Shown: piece after piece, positions 9,497 to 19,691 of the stretch
Layout: every line of letters starts with the position of its first letter
How positions within the stretch are numbered: the first letter of the stretch is position 1
Assembly: GCA_963761305.1 (NCBI GenBank)
Contig: CAVXGK010000002.1
Span: 2,496,001-2,560,000, forward strand
Length of the DNA: 64,000 bases
Source of the DNA: an uncultured Gemmatimonadaceae bacterium
Lineage (GTDB): Bacteria > Gemmatimonadota > Gemmatimonadetes > Gemmatimonadales > Gemmatimonadaceae
Reading direction: 5' to 3'
Notes under the pieces: model-generated
The model's database searches: none
What the model was told of the DNA's origin: nothing
The model's input: only the letters and a program-made list of their open reading frames with translations
Program-made: the position numbers and the translations under genes

Positions 9497-10803
9497 CACT
9501 ACCGGCGACGGCGTCCGACTGCGCGATTCCAGGGACGCCGCTCGCCGGCCAGCGCGCCGGTTTGGACAAATGCGTCCACTGCGGATTCTGCCTGCAAGCC
9601 TGTCCGACGTACGTCACGCTCGAGGACGAGAACGACAGCCCGCGCGGGCGCATCGTTCTCATGCGTTCCGTCTACGACGGCACGCTCGCGCCAACGAGCG
9701 AGAGCGTGGAGACGCACATCGAGCGGTGCCTCGGCTGTCGCGCGTGCGAAACGGCGTGTCCGTCCGGCGTGCCGTATGGATTCTTGCTCGAAGCCACGCG
9801 CGCCACGCTCGCCGAGCACAAACGGCTCCCGCGCATCGCGCGCGTGATTCTCTCGACGTTCGAGCGGCCCACGCTGCTCGCATTCGCGATGTTCGGCGGC
9901 CGCGTGCTTCGCGCGACCGGCGTCGCGCGTCTGCTGTCGCGCCTTCCGGGACGGTTCGGTTTTTCGATGGCGATGCTCGCCTCGACGCGTCGTTCTCCGC
10001 GTCGCGGCGCCTCCGGCGACGAATCCGAACGCGCCAACACCGGCGATCGCGGGCGCGTCGCTCCGCTCACCGGCTGCGTGATGGAGGGATTGTTCGCCGA
10101 CACGAATCGCGCCACCGACCGAGCCCTTGCGGCCAACGGCTACGCCGTGATCGCCGCGCCGGGCCAGGGTTGTTGCGGCGCGCTGCACGCGCACGCGGGT
10201 GACGCCGAGGGCGCGCGTCGCTTGGCGCGGCTGAACATCGCCGCGTTCGAGCAGGCCGGCGTGGACTACATTTGCGTGAACGCGGCGGGGTGCGGAGCCG
10301 CGATGAAGGAGTACGCCCAGCTGCTGGCCGACGATCCGGCGTGGCGCGAGCGGGCCGACCGCTTCGCCTCCAAAGTGCGCGACGTGTCGGAGCTGCTGGC
10401 GGTCGCCGGTCCGCGTCCGGGCGGGACGGTTCATATGAAGGTCGCCTACGACGCTCCCTGTCACTTGCTCCACGCACAACGCATCGCCAATCCGCCGCTC
10501 GCCGTGCTGCGCGCCGTTCCCGGCGTCGAGCTCGTTCCGCTCGCCGAGAGCGAGATGTGCTGCGGCAGCGCCGGGATCTACAATCTCGTGGAGCCGGAAA
10601 CGTCGGATCTGGTATTGCAACGAAAGCTGAAGAACATTGAGGCGGCCGGAGCCGACGTGATCGCGACGGGCAATCCCGGCTGCATGATGCAAATCGGCGC
10701 GGGCCTTCTGCGCGCCGGATCGAAGGTCACGGTCGTGCACCCGATCGAGTTGCTCGACGAGAGCTACGCGGCCGCGACGGACGAACGAGGGATGACGAGA
10801 TGA
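9493..10803 (+). CDS. glcF: Glycolate oxidase iron-sulfur subunit
   Basis: CVHCGFCLQACPT, CLGCRACETACPSG and two CCG domains. Confidence 0.9.
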   Translation: MTLPATASDCAIPGTPLAGQRAGLDKCVHCGFCLQACPTYVTLEDENDSPRGRIVLMRSVYDGTLAPTSESVETHIERCLGCRACETACPSGVPYGFLLEATRATLAEHKRLPRIARVILSTFERPTLLAFAMFGGRVLRATGVARLLSRLPGRFGFSMAMLASTRRSPRRGASGDESERANTGDRGRVAPLTGCVMEGLFADTNRATDRALAANGYAVIAAPGQGCCGALHAHAGDAEGARRLARLNIAAFEQAGVDYICVNAAGCGAAMKEYAQLLADDPAWRERADRFASKVRDVSELLAVAGPRPGGTVHMKVAYDAPCHLLHAQRIANPPLAVLRAVPGVELVPLAESEMCCGSAGIYNLVEPETSDLVLQRKLKNIEAAGADVIATGNPGCMMQIGAGLLRAGSKVTVVHPIELLDESYAAATDERGMTR

Positions 10804-11894
10804 GCAGTCCGCATTTTCAACCGGATGTGGGTTCGCGCACGGCAACCGCGACACCACCGGTGCTGGAGCTCGGCGGGCGTGACGTCGTCGTGTCCTACTC
10901 CGACGTGGCGGCGGAGTTCGACGCGTTGCGCAGCGGCGCGATCGTCGTGGATCGCAGCTTCCGCGGTCGCATGCGCTTCTTCGGCGAGACGTCGGGCGAG
11001 GCGCTCACCGGACTCGTCACCAGCGACGTCGTCGGCGCCGTGCCCGGGCACGGACACTACGCCGCGGCGCTGTCGGCGAAGGGACGCATCGTCGCCGACC
11101 TGCGGATCTTCGCCATGCCGGTCGCGTCGTCGTATCTCGTCGATACGCCGCCGCGCGCCTGGCCGGGCTTCCTGGCGATGGTGAAGAAGTACGTGAATCC
11201 GCGAGTGTCCGGCTATCGCGACGACTCGCACGCGATTCGCGACGTCGGGATCTTCGGCGCCGACGCGCGACGCATCGTCGCGAAGTTGTCCGGCGTCTCC
11301 GCCGAGGCGCTCGTCGCGCTCGAACCGTTCGACAACGTGACGGCGACGATTCACGGCGCCGAGGCGCTCGTCGCCCGCGTGCCGGACCTGGGGCTCGAGG
11401 GATACGAGCTGTTCGTGCCATTCGAGATCTTTGATGCCGTCTGGCGCGACGCGCGCGCCGCCGGCGCGGTTCCGGCCGGTCTCTCGGCGTGGGAGATCGC
11501 GCGCGTCGAGGCGGGGCGCCCCGAGTGGGGCATCGACATGGACGAGAACACGATTCCCCAGGAAGCCAACTTCGACGAGCTGAACGCGATCTCGTACACG
11601 AAGGGCTGCTACATCGGGCAGGAGGTCGTGGCGCGGGTGCACTTCCGCGGACACGTGAACCGGCATCTGCGCGGCCTTCGTGCCGCGGGGCCTCCGCCGC
11701 CGACCGGCGCCCAACTCATCGACGACGCGGGCAACCACGTGGGAGACGTGCGCAGCGCGGTGCAATCGCCGCGGCTCGGCGGCATTGCGATCGGAATGGT
11801 GCGGCGCGAAGTCGCGCCGGGCACCGCGCTGACGGCGCGCACGGAGCAAAGCGAGCAGCGAGTAGACGTGGCGGCGCTTCCCTTCTCGGCATAG
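10800..11894 (+). CDS. Folate-binding YgfZ/GcvT-family protein
   Basis: KGCYIGQEVVAR signature plus GcvT C-terminal barrel (SPRLGGIAIGMV). Confidence 0.88.
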   Translation: MSSPHFQPDVGSRTATATPPVLELGGRDVVVSYSDVAAEFDALRSGAIVVDRSFRGRMRFFGETSGEALTGLVTSDVVGAVPGHGHYAAALSAKGRIVADLRIFAMPVASSYLVDTPPRAWPGFLAMVKKYVNPRVSGYRDDSHAIRDVGIFGADARRIVAKLSGVSAEALVALEPFDNVTATIHGAEALVARVPDLGLEGYELFVPFEIFDAVWRDARAAGAVPAGLSAWEIARVEAGRPEWGIDMDENTIPQEANFDELNAISYTKGCYIGQEVVARVHFRGHVNRHLRGLRAAGPPPPTGAQLIDDAGNHVGDVRSAVQSPRLGGIAIGMVRREVAPGTALTARTEQSEQRVDVAALPFSA

Positions 11895-11901
11895 CGAACG
11901 C

Positions 11902-12903
11902 GTGCCGCGCGCGCTCGTCACGGGCGGCACGGGTCTCGTCGGATCGCACGTCATCGAGCGTCTCGTGCGCGACGGCTGGATCGTGCGCGCGCTCGTGCGG
12001 TCGCCGTCGCGCATGGTCGAGACGCTCGGCGCCGAGTGCGTGATCGGCGACGTGCTGAACGGCGACGAATTCTCGCGCGCCGCCGCGGGATGTGACGCCA
12101 TCTTTCACAACGCGGCCGCGATCACGCCGCGCGGCGGCTGGGAGTCGTTCCGCCGGCTCAACCTCGACGGCACGACGCACGCGGTCGCCGCGGCGCGCGC
12201 GAGCGGCGCGCGGCTCGTGCACCTGAGCAGCGTGGCGGTGTACGGCCCGAGATCGCGCTTTCGCGCCGACGGGCTGGCAACCGATGAAGCGACGCCGTTC
12301 TCGCCGCTCCCCGAGGGCGCGTACTACGCGCGGTCGAAACGTGACTCGGAGGAGCTGGTGATGCGCGCGCACGCGGCCGGCGAGATCTGGGCGACAGCGC
12401 TCCGTCCGCCTGTGATCTATGGAAGACGCGATCGGCAGTTCGTGCCGCGCATGGCGCGGTTCGTGTCGCGCGGATTCGCGCCGCTCATCGGCCCCGGCGC
12501 GTCCAAGTTCGCGATCGTCAACGCGGCCAACGTCGCGGACGGCGTCGTGCGCGCGGCGACGAGCGCCGCGGCCGGCGGACAGGCGTACAATCTCGCCAAC
12601 GACTTCGACGTCACGGTGCGGCGGTTCTTCGAGCTGGCCGGAGAAGGGCTGGGCCGGCGGATCCGGTTCGTCAGACTCCCGCTGCCGGTCGCCCGCGGCG
12701 CGTTGCGCGGCGTGAAGGCGGTCATGCGCGTGGTCACGGGCGGCACGACGAGCGTGGTGTCGAGCGCCTCGCTCTCACTCCTCACGCGCGACAATCCGTT
12801 CACGTCGGAGCGCGCGCGAGTCGAGCTGGGCTGGGCGCCGTCGGTGCGTCCGGAGATCGGCATTCCCGACGCCTTCCGCTGGTGGCGCGAACACCGTCAT
12901 TAG
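11902..12903 (+). CDS. NAD-dependent epimerase/dehydratase (extended SDR)
   Basis: TGGTGLVG, SSVAVYG, YARSK and RPPVIYG. Confidence 0.88.
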   Translation: MPRALVTGGTGLVGSHVIERLVRDGWIVRALVRSPSRMVETLGAECVIGDVLNGDEFSRAAAGCDAIFHNAAAITPRGGWESFRRLNLDGTTHAVAAARASGARLVHLSSVAVYGPRSRFRADGLATDEATPFSPLPEGAYYARSKRDSEELVMRAHAAGEIWATALRPPVIYGRRDRQFVPRMARFVSRGFAPLIGPGASKFAIVNAANVADGVVRAATSAAAGGQAYNLANDFDVTVRRFFELAGEGLGRRIRFVRLPLPVARGALRGVKAVMRVVTGGTTSVVSSASLSLLTRDNPFTSERARVELGWAPSVRPEIGIPDAFRWWREHRH

Positions 12904-12906
12904 AGA

Positions 12907-12939
12907 AAACAAAAAGGCGCGACCGGTGGTGGTCGCGCC
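12907..12939 (-). terminator. Rho-independent terminator of the small lipoprotein gene
   Basis: Stem GGCGCGACC/GGTCGCGCC (12916-12939) followed on the minus strand by TTTTTGTTTT. Confidence 0.8.
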
Positions 12940-12962
12940 CATGTTACGCCGAAGGCGGAAGC

Positions 12963-13172
12963 TTACGGCTTCTTCTTCATCTTCGTCGTGTCCTTCTTCG
13001 TGGTGTCCATGTTCATCTTGCTGCTGTCCATCTTCATGCCGGTATCAGTCGCAGGCGCGGCCGCGGGGGCGGGCGCCATCGCGGGCGGGGTGGTATCCTT
13101 GGCGGCGCTCTCGGACTTCGAGCAAGCAGCTACAACCGCGAGCACAGCGGCAGCGAAAGCCAGGCGCTTCAT
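12963..13172 (-). CDS. Small lipoprotein with a Met/Lys/Asp/Thr-rich tail (69 aa)
   Basis: Lipobox MKRLAFAAAVLAVVAA-C, RBS AGGAG, own promoter and terminator. Confidence 0.85.
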   Translation of the reverse strand: MKRLAFAAAVLAVVAACSKSESAAKDTTPPAMAPAPAAAPATDTGMKMDSSKMNMDTTKKDTTKMKKKP

Positions 13173-13252
13173 GACATTCTCCTGAAGAGTAGGACGAGAG
13201 AGTAAAATCCGCGTGGTTCGTGCACGCGACGGAGGCTCGGGTGAGCGGGTGT

Positions 13253-13280
13253 AACTTATGGGCCTCAGGGGGCGTGTCAA
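13253..13280 (-). promoter_or_regulatory. Putative sigma70 promoter of the lipoprotein gene
   Basis: Minus strand TTGACA, 16-bp spacer, TAAGTT. Confidence 0.55.
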
Positions 13281-13393
13281 GGCGTGGCTGACGGTGAGCC
13301 AAGTCACCACAGGGCAACGAGTTCCTCGTTGCGGCCGGCGACCGAAGAAGGCCGGGGCTGGTTCGCGCGGAACGTGCGTCCTAGGTTGCCGGG

Positions 13394-15503
13394 ATGCGGG
13401 ACGACGGGACTCCAGACGGCATCGGCGCGGGTTCGACGCACGTCGTTCGCGGCGCGTGCCCGCACGATTGCCCCGATACATGCTCGATGCTCGTCACCGT
13501 CGAGTCGGGGCGCGCCGTCCGCGTCGCGGGTGATCCGGAACATCCGTTCACGCGCGGATTCCTGTGCGCCAAGGTCAATCGATACGTCGAGCGCACGTAT
13601 CACGAGGACCGGCTGCTGCACCCGATGCGCCGGGTCGGCCCTAAAGGTTCAGGAAAATTTGCGCGGATTTCGTGGGACGAGGCGCTCGACGAGATCGCGA
13701 CGCGCCTGAACGACATTCGACGTTCGAGCGACGGCCCGCAGGCGATCCTTCCGTATTCGTACGCCGGCACGATGGGGATCGTGCAGGGATCGTCGATCGA
13801 CCGCCGGTTCTTCCATTCCATCGGCGCGTCGATGCTCGACCGAACGATCTGCTCCATGGCCGGCACCGTCGGCATGCGCATGACGTTGGGCGCGAACATC
13901 GGGGCGGACCCCGAGGGGATCCCCGAGAGCGACCTCGTGCTGCTGTGGGGCACGAACACGCTCACGTCGAATCCCCACCTGTGGCCGTTCGTGCTCGAGG
14001 CGAAGTCGCGCGGCGCGACGATCGTCGCCATCGACCCGATTCAAACGCGCACCGCGGCGCAGTGCGACGAATGGATCGGCATTCAGCCCGGCACCGACGC
14101 GGCGCTGGCGTTGGGGATGATGCACGTCGTCCTCGAGCGCGGACTGCAGGACGACGACTACATCGCGCGCCACACCGTGGGATTCGACGCGCTGCGCGAG
14201 CGCGCGCGCGAGTATCCGCCGGAGCGAGTCTCGCGCATCACCGGCATCGCGCCGGAAGTCATCATCTCGCTCGGCGAGCGATACGGACGCGCGAAGGCGG
14301 CGTTCATTCGCGTGAACTACGGACTGCAGCGGCACGCCGGCGGCGGGATGGCCGTGCGCACCATCGCCTGCCTGCCCGCGCTGACCGGGCATTGGCGCCG
14401 GACCGGCGGCGGAGTGCAACTGTCGTCGAGCGCGAACTTCGCGTTCAATACGGCGGCGGTGCAACGCCCCGATCTGTCGCCGCCGGTGCGCACGATCAAC
14501 ATGATTCGCCTGGGCGAAGCGTTGACGACGAAAGACGCCGGCGTCGGCGGCCCGCCGGTGCGCGCGATGATCGTGTACAACTCGAATCCCGCGGCCGTTG
14601 CGCCGGATCGCAACGTCGTGCTCGAAGGCTTGCGGCGCGACGATCTGTTCACCGTCGTGCTCGAGCACTTCCAGACCGACACCGCCGACTACGCGGACAT
14701 CCTGCTGCCGGCGACCACGCAGCTCGAGCACTGGGACCTGCATCTCTCGTACGGTCATCACTACGTCAACCTCAACCGGCCGTCGATCGAACCGTTGGGC
14801 GAGGCGCTGCCCAACTCCGAGATCTTCCGCCGCCTTGCCGCGCGGATGGGTCTGGACCACCCGTCGTTGCGCGACGACGATCTGACCGTGATTCGCCACG
14901 CGCTCGATTCGACGAGCGAGAAGCTGGCGGGCGTGTCACTCGAGGCGCTGCTCGAGCGCGGCTGGATGCGGCTCAACGTGCCGACGCCGTATCTGCCGTT
15001 CGCCGAACGGCGGCTTCCTCACGCCGTCGGGGAAATGCGAGTTCTTCTCCCCGCGCCTGCGGGACATGGGGCTGGATCCCGTCCCGACGTTCACCCCGCC
15101 CTACGAGTTCCCCGACGCCGTGCCGGAGTTGGCCGAGCGGTTTCCGCTCACGCTGATCTCGTCGCCGGCACATCAGTTCCTGAATTCGACCTTCGTGAAC
15201 ATCGGCGCGCTGCGACGCGGCGCCCGCGAGCCGGAGTGTCTGCTGCACTCGGCCGACGCCGAACGGCGCGGCATCGGCGCCGGGGCGCGCGTCGTCGTGC
15301 ACAACGACCGTGGCGCGTTCACCGCCGTGGCGCGGGTCGAGGACACGATCCGCCCCGGAGTCGTGTGGGCGCCGTCGATCTGGTGGGGAAAACTGGCCGC
15401 CGACGGCGCGAACGCGAACCAGACGACGTCGCAGCGCGAAACCGACCTCGGGCACGGCCCCGTCTTCTACGACAACCTCGTCGAGGTCGGATTGGCCGAC
15501 TAG
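13394..15503 (+). pseudogene. Molybdopterin oxidoreductase (DMSO-reductase superfamily) with a +1 frameshift near 15005-15008
   Basis: CPHDCPDTC...GFLCAKV Fe-S motif, DYADILLPA. Continues in the next frame as GGFLTPSGKCEFF...FLNSTF...YDNLVEV. Confidence 0.88.
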
Positions 15504-15635
15504 ACTCGGCGAGCATGCGCGCAAGCCCCCCCGGCGGCCGGTTCGCCGCTCTTGCGCGCTCTCAGTGTAGTCGCGTTCATTGCACGAGGGCCCGCGATGG
15601 ACGCGACGCCCTTCAGCTGCGAATCGGAGAACCAC

Positions 15636-17105
15636 GTGCAGGCACACCCGGAAACATTCGGCGCGCTCAAGCGCTCACCCTATGGCGTCCCAGAGCGGGC
15701 GTTTCGCTCGGTCAAGGACGAGATGCGGCACAACCTGCTCGAGCGACTCTGCCAACGCGGACCGCTCTTCGCCGGCGTGATCGGCTACGAAGACACCGTG
15801 ATGCCGCAGCTGGTGAACGCCGTGCTCTCGCGTCACAACTTCATCCTGCTCGGTCTGCGCGGTCAGGCGAAGTCGCGCATCCTGCGCGCGCTCGTGACTC
15901 TCCTCGACGACGCGATGCCGATCATCGCCGGCAGCGAGGTCAACGACAACCCGTTCGTGCCGATCTCGAAGTTCGCGCGGAACCTCATCGCCGAAGCGGG
16001 CGACGATACGCCGATCGCCTGGGTCGGCCGCGACAATCGTTACGTCGAAAAGCTCGCCACGCCCGACGTCACGATCGCCGACCTCATCGGCGACCTCGAC
16101 CCGATTCGCGCCGCGCGCGGCGGGCATCTCTTGTCCGACGAGCTCACGATTCACTACGGCATGCTGCCGCGCGCCAACCGCGGCATCTTCGCGCTGAACG
16201 AGTTGCCGGACCTCGCCGGCAAGGTGCAGGTCGGCTTGTTCAACGTGATGCAGGAAGGCGACGTGCAGATCAAAGGCTACCCGATCCGCCTTCCGCTCGA
16301 CGTTCAACTCTGTTTTACGGCGAACCCGGAAGATTACACGGCGCGCGGCAAGATCATCACGCCGCTCAAGGATCGCATCGGCAGCGAGATCGTCACGCAC
16401 TACCCCGCGACGGTCGAGCTCGGAATGGACATCACGCGCCAGGAAGCGTGGACCAAGCGTGACAGCCGCACCGTGCGCGTGCCCGAGTTCATCTCCGAGA
16501 TGATCGAGCGCGTCGCGTTCGAGGCGCGCACCGACCGCCGCATCGACAAGCGGTCCGGCGTGTCGCAGCGCATGCCGATCACCGTGACCGAGAACGTGGT
16601 CTCGAACGCCGAGCGCCGCGCAATCGTCTCGGGCGACGCCGACATCGTGCCGCGCGTGTCGGACATCTACGCCGCGCTGCCGGCGATCACCGGCAAGATC
16701 GAGCTCGAGTACGAAGGCGAGCTGGTCGGCGGTCCGACAATCGCGCGCGAGCTCATTCGCCGCGCCGCCGACGCGACGTTCCACGAGCGCGCGGGCGGCG
16801 TGAACGTCGACGACATCATCATGTGGTTCGACGAGGGCGGCGCCCTCCAGGTGGCCGACGACGCGCGGGCCGAAATCGCCCTCGGCGGATTCGAGATCGT
16901 TCCCGACTTGATCCGCATCGTGCGGCACGTCGGACTCGCGATGGAAGACGATCCCGGGACGAGCGTCGCGGCGTGCGAGCTCGTGCTCGAGGCGCTCGTG
17001 GCGCGCAAGAAGATTTCCCGGTCGGAGGTCGGCCAGTACGGGCGCGCCGCGCCGGAGCCGCGCCGGCGGCCGAATCAGGATCTGTTCGGTGGCGGCGCGA
17101 CCTGA
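15636..17105 (+). CDS. Magnesium-chelatase-like AAA+ ATPase
   Basis: GLRGQAKS Walker A, RANRGIFALNELPDL and TANPEDYTARGKIITPLKDRIG. GTG start with GGAGA RBS. Confidence 0.88.
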   Translation: MQAHPETFGALKRSPYGVPERAFRSVKDEMRHNLLERLCQRGPLFAGVIGYEDTVMPQLVNAVLSRHNFILLGLRGQAKSRILRALVTLLDDAMPIIAGSEVNDNPFVPISKFARNLIAEAGDDTPIAWVGRDNRYVEKLATPDVTIADLIGDLDPIRAARGGHLLSDELTIHYGMLPRANRGIFALNELPDLAGKVQVGLFNVMQEGDVQIKGYPIRLPLDVQLCFTANPEDYTARGKIITPLKDRIGSEIVTHYPATVELGMDITRQEAWTKRDSRTVRVPEFISEMIERVAFEARTDRRIDKRSGVSQRMPITVTENVVSNAERRAIVSGDADIVPRVSDIYAALPAITGKIELEYEGELVGGPTIARELIRRAADATFHERAGGVNVDDIIMWFDEGGALQVADDARAEIALGGFEIVPDLIRIVRHVGLAMEDDPGTSVAACELVLEALVARKKISRSEVGQYGRAAPEPRRRPNQDLFGGGAT

Positions 17106-17673
17106 CGCGGCGTTCCGGGTCTCCGTTCGCCGCGCCGACTCGGGCGATCTGGCGACGGTAGTCTCGCTCCGTCTCGCGTTGCTCCGCGAGTACGGCGACC
17201 ATCCGCTCTACGCCGAGCTCGCGCCCGACGTCATCGATCGCGCATTCGATCTCTATCACGCGCAGATTCTCGCCGCCGACGAGCGCGTATTCATCGCCGA
17301 GGCCGGGGGCGAGGCCGTCGGGATCCTGCGCGCCGCCGACGTCCGCGGTTCGCCGCTCGTCCGTCCGGAGCGCTACTGCTACGTGTCGTCGGTCTACGTC
17401 GTGCCGTCGGCGCGCCGGCGCGGCGTGATGCGGGCGCTCGTGCACGCCGCCGAGGCGTGGTGCGACGAGCGCGGGCTCGGCGAAATGCGATTGCACAATG
17501 CAGAGTCGTCTCGCGTTGCGGCCGCGGCGTGGGGCGCATTGGGGTTCGCGGTCGTGGAACAGGTGCGACGGCGCACGATCCACGGACAGGCCGAGTCGCA
17601 CGAAAACGCCGAGATTGCCGCACACGTCGCCGACGCCGAGGTTGCCGCACACGTCGCCGACGTCGCGCGCTGA
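17089..17673 (+). CDS. GNAT family N-acetyltransferase
   Basis: YVSSVYVVPSARRRGVMRAL (motif A) and WGALGF. Confidence 0.82.
   Translation: MAARPDAAFRVSVRRADSGDLATVVSLRLALLREYGDHPLYAELAPDVIDRAFDLYHAQILAADERVFIAEAGGEAVGILRAADVRGSPLVRPERYCYVSSVYVVPSARRRGVMRALVHAAEAWCDERGLGEMRLHNAESSRVAAAAWGALGFAVVEQVRRRTIHGQAESHENAEIAAHVADAEVAAHVADVAR
17608..17661 (+). repeat. 27-bp tandem duplication in the GNAT 3' end
   Basis: GCCGAG(A/G)TTGCCGCACACGTCGCCGAC x2, one mismatch. Confidence 0.9.
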
Positions 17674-18309
17674 ATGCCGGTCATCACGATCTCGCGCGTG
17701 TACGGGTCGGGCGGCTCCGAGGTGGCGCAGCGCGTCGCCTCGGCACTCGGCTGGTCATTGCTCGACAACGACATCGTCGACGCGATCGCCGAACGCTCCG
17801 GACTCACGCGCGCCGAGGTGAGCGCGCAGGACGAACGCGTGCCGTCGCTCGTCGAGCGACTCGCGTCGGCGCTGTCGCTCGGATCGCCCGAGATGCTGCC
17901 GCCCGTCCCCACGGGTCCGATGGAAACCACCGAAGAGCGCGTCGTCGCCGTGACGCAGCGCGTGATCGAAGAGGCACTGCAAGCCGGTCCGGCGGTCTTC
18001 GTGGGACGCGGCGCCCAGTGCCTGCTCGCCGAGCGCGAGGACACGCTGCACGTGTTCTGCTACGCGCCCCGCGCGGCGCTGCGCCGATACGCGATGGAGA
18101 CGTTCAAGGTCGGCGCCGACGAAGCGGACAAGATCGTGGCCGATCAGAACAAGCAACGCGAGCAATACGTGCGGCGACACTGGAATCGCAACTGGCTCGC
18201 CCACGAGAACTACCACGTGTGCCTGAACACGGCGTGGCTCGGACTCGACGGAGCGGCGTCGCTCGTGGTGGAGATCGCGCGACGGCAGTTCGGCGCCGCG
18301 GCTCGCTGA
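17674..18309 (+). CDS. Cytidylate kinase-like family protein
   Basis: ITISRVYGSGG, VFVGRGAQ and YHVCLNT. Confidence 0.85.
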   Translation: MPVITISRVYGSGGSEVAQRVASALGWSLLDNDIVDAIAERSGLTRAEVSAQDERVPSLVERLASALSLGSPEMLPPVPTGPMETTEERVVAVTQRVIEEALQAGPAVFVGRGAQCLLAEREDTLHVFCYAPRAALRRYAMETFKVGADEADKIVADQNKQREQYVRRHWNRNWLAHENYHVCLNTAWLGLDGAASLVVEIARRQFGAAAR

Positions 18310-18334
18310 CGCTCCGCCGCCTGAATTCGGCGGC

Positions 18335-19633
18335 TCAGACGTCGCGCAGCGTGGTCCGGCGCTCGAAGGCGAAGTACGAGTAGACGAGGAGAATCGCGGC
18401 GCCGCCGCCGATCGCCCACGACGTGCCGATCACGTGAGCGACGCTCCCGGCGATGAACGACCCGATCACCGACGACAGTCCGACGACGACGAACGAGTAC
18501 GCCGCCATGAGCCGGCCGCGCAGCTCGTTGGGGACGATGTGCTGCAACGTCGAATTGCAGACGGCGCTGGTGACGATCATCGTGAAACCGACGCCGAGCA
18601 GGATCGGGTAGGCGGCGTATGCCGTCGGCACGAGCGCGAATGCGATGAGCAACCCGGCGAACGCGTACGACGTGTACGCGAGCAGGCGCATCCGGTTGAA
18701 CCGGTCGCCGATGGCGGCGAGCCAGAGCGCGCCGGAGACGCCGCCCACGCCCACGCACGCCAGCAGCGCTCCGTAGCCGCCGGCGTCGAGCCCGAGGTGG
18801 TTGCGCGCGACGACCGGCATCAGCGTGAGGTACGGAACGCCGAGGATCGAGTAGACGGTCACGAAACGCATCAGCGCGGCGATGGACGGCGTGTCGCGCA
18901 TGAAGCGGACGCCTTCGCGGATGCCGTCGATCGGGGACGCGAGATGCTCGGGCGGCGTCCACGCGGGAAGGCGGATCAGCATCAAGCCGCCCATCACCGC
19001 GATGTAGCTCAACGCGTTCACGCCGAAGCACCACGAGAGACCGAGGCTGGCGATGATCGCCCCGCCGATGCTGGGGCCGACGACCCGCGCGATGTTGAAG
19101 CCGCTCGAGTTGAGCGCGATGGCACCCGGCAGGTCTTCGCGTCCGACCAGCTCGACGACGAACGACTGGCGTGCCGGGATCTCGAACGCGTTGATGATGC
19201 CGTTGACCGTCGCCAGAATCAGCAGCCACGCGACGTTGATGTGGCGGCTCCAGGTGAACCACCAGAGCACGGCCGCTTGTATGCAGAACGCCATCTGTCC
19301 CAGCTTCACGAGACGGAGCTTCTCCGTCCGGTCGGCGACGACGCCGGCATGCAGGGAGAGCAGGAGCACGGGGAGCGACCCGGCCGACGCCACCAGGCCG
19401 ACGAGGAAGGCGCTATTCGAGAGCTCTAAAGCGAGCCACCCCTGCGCCATCGTCTGCATCCAGGTGCCGATCAACGACACCGTCTGCCCGATCCAGAAGA
19501 GCCGGAAGTTCCGGTGCCGCTGGAGGGTCTTGAACGGATTGAGCGACTGGACCACGTTGCTCGCCGCCGGGGTGAGCACGGCGGCGGAGTGCCGTGCGGG
19601 GCGGCGGGGCGGTGCGGTCGTCGGTTCGGTCAC
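18335..19633 (-). CDS. MFS transporter (DHA3/EntS-like)
   Basis: RNFRLFWIGQTVSLIGTWMQ, GVVADR, PARQSF and ELRGRLM, with about 12 hydrophobic segments. Confidence 0.9.
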   Translation of the reverse strand: MTEPTTAPPRRPARHSAAVLTPAASNVVQSLNPFKTLQRHRNFRLFWIGQTVSLIGTWMQTMAQGWLALELSNSAFLVGLVASAGSLPVLLLSLHAGVVADRTEKLRLVKLGQMAFCIQAAVLWWFTWSRHINVAWLLILATVNGIINAFEIPARQSFVVELVGREDLPGAIALNSSGFNIARVVGPSIGGAIIASLGLSWCFGVNALSYIAVMGGLMLIRLPAWTPPEHLASPIDGIREGVRFMRDTPSIAALMRFVTVYSILGVPYLTLMPVVARNHLGLDAGGYGALLACVGVGGVSGALWLAAIGDRFNRMRLLAYTSYAFAGLLIAFALVPTAYAAYPILLGVGFTMIVTSAVCNSTLQHIVPNELRGRLMAAYSFVVVGLSSVIGSFIAGSVAHVIGTSWAIGGGAAILLVYSYFAFERRTTLRDV

Positions 19634-19691
19634 GATTGAAAAATACAGCCGATGGTCCGCAGATTGGCGCTGAGCGCAATCACAGGGGTAG

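Noticed and set aside
13173..13393. Moco riboswitch upstream of the molybdoenzyme
   Set aside because: Only isolated hairpins are visible and I cannot match the multi-stem consensus by eye.
13394..16462. 1022-aa ORF as a real fusion protein
   Set aside because: After about 15008 it reads out of frame through the true C-terminus and into the ATPase gene. It results from the single-base frameshift.
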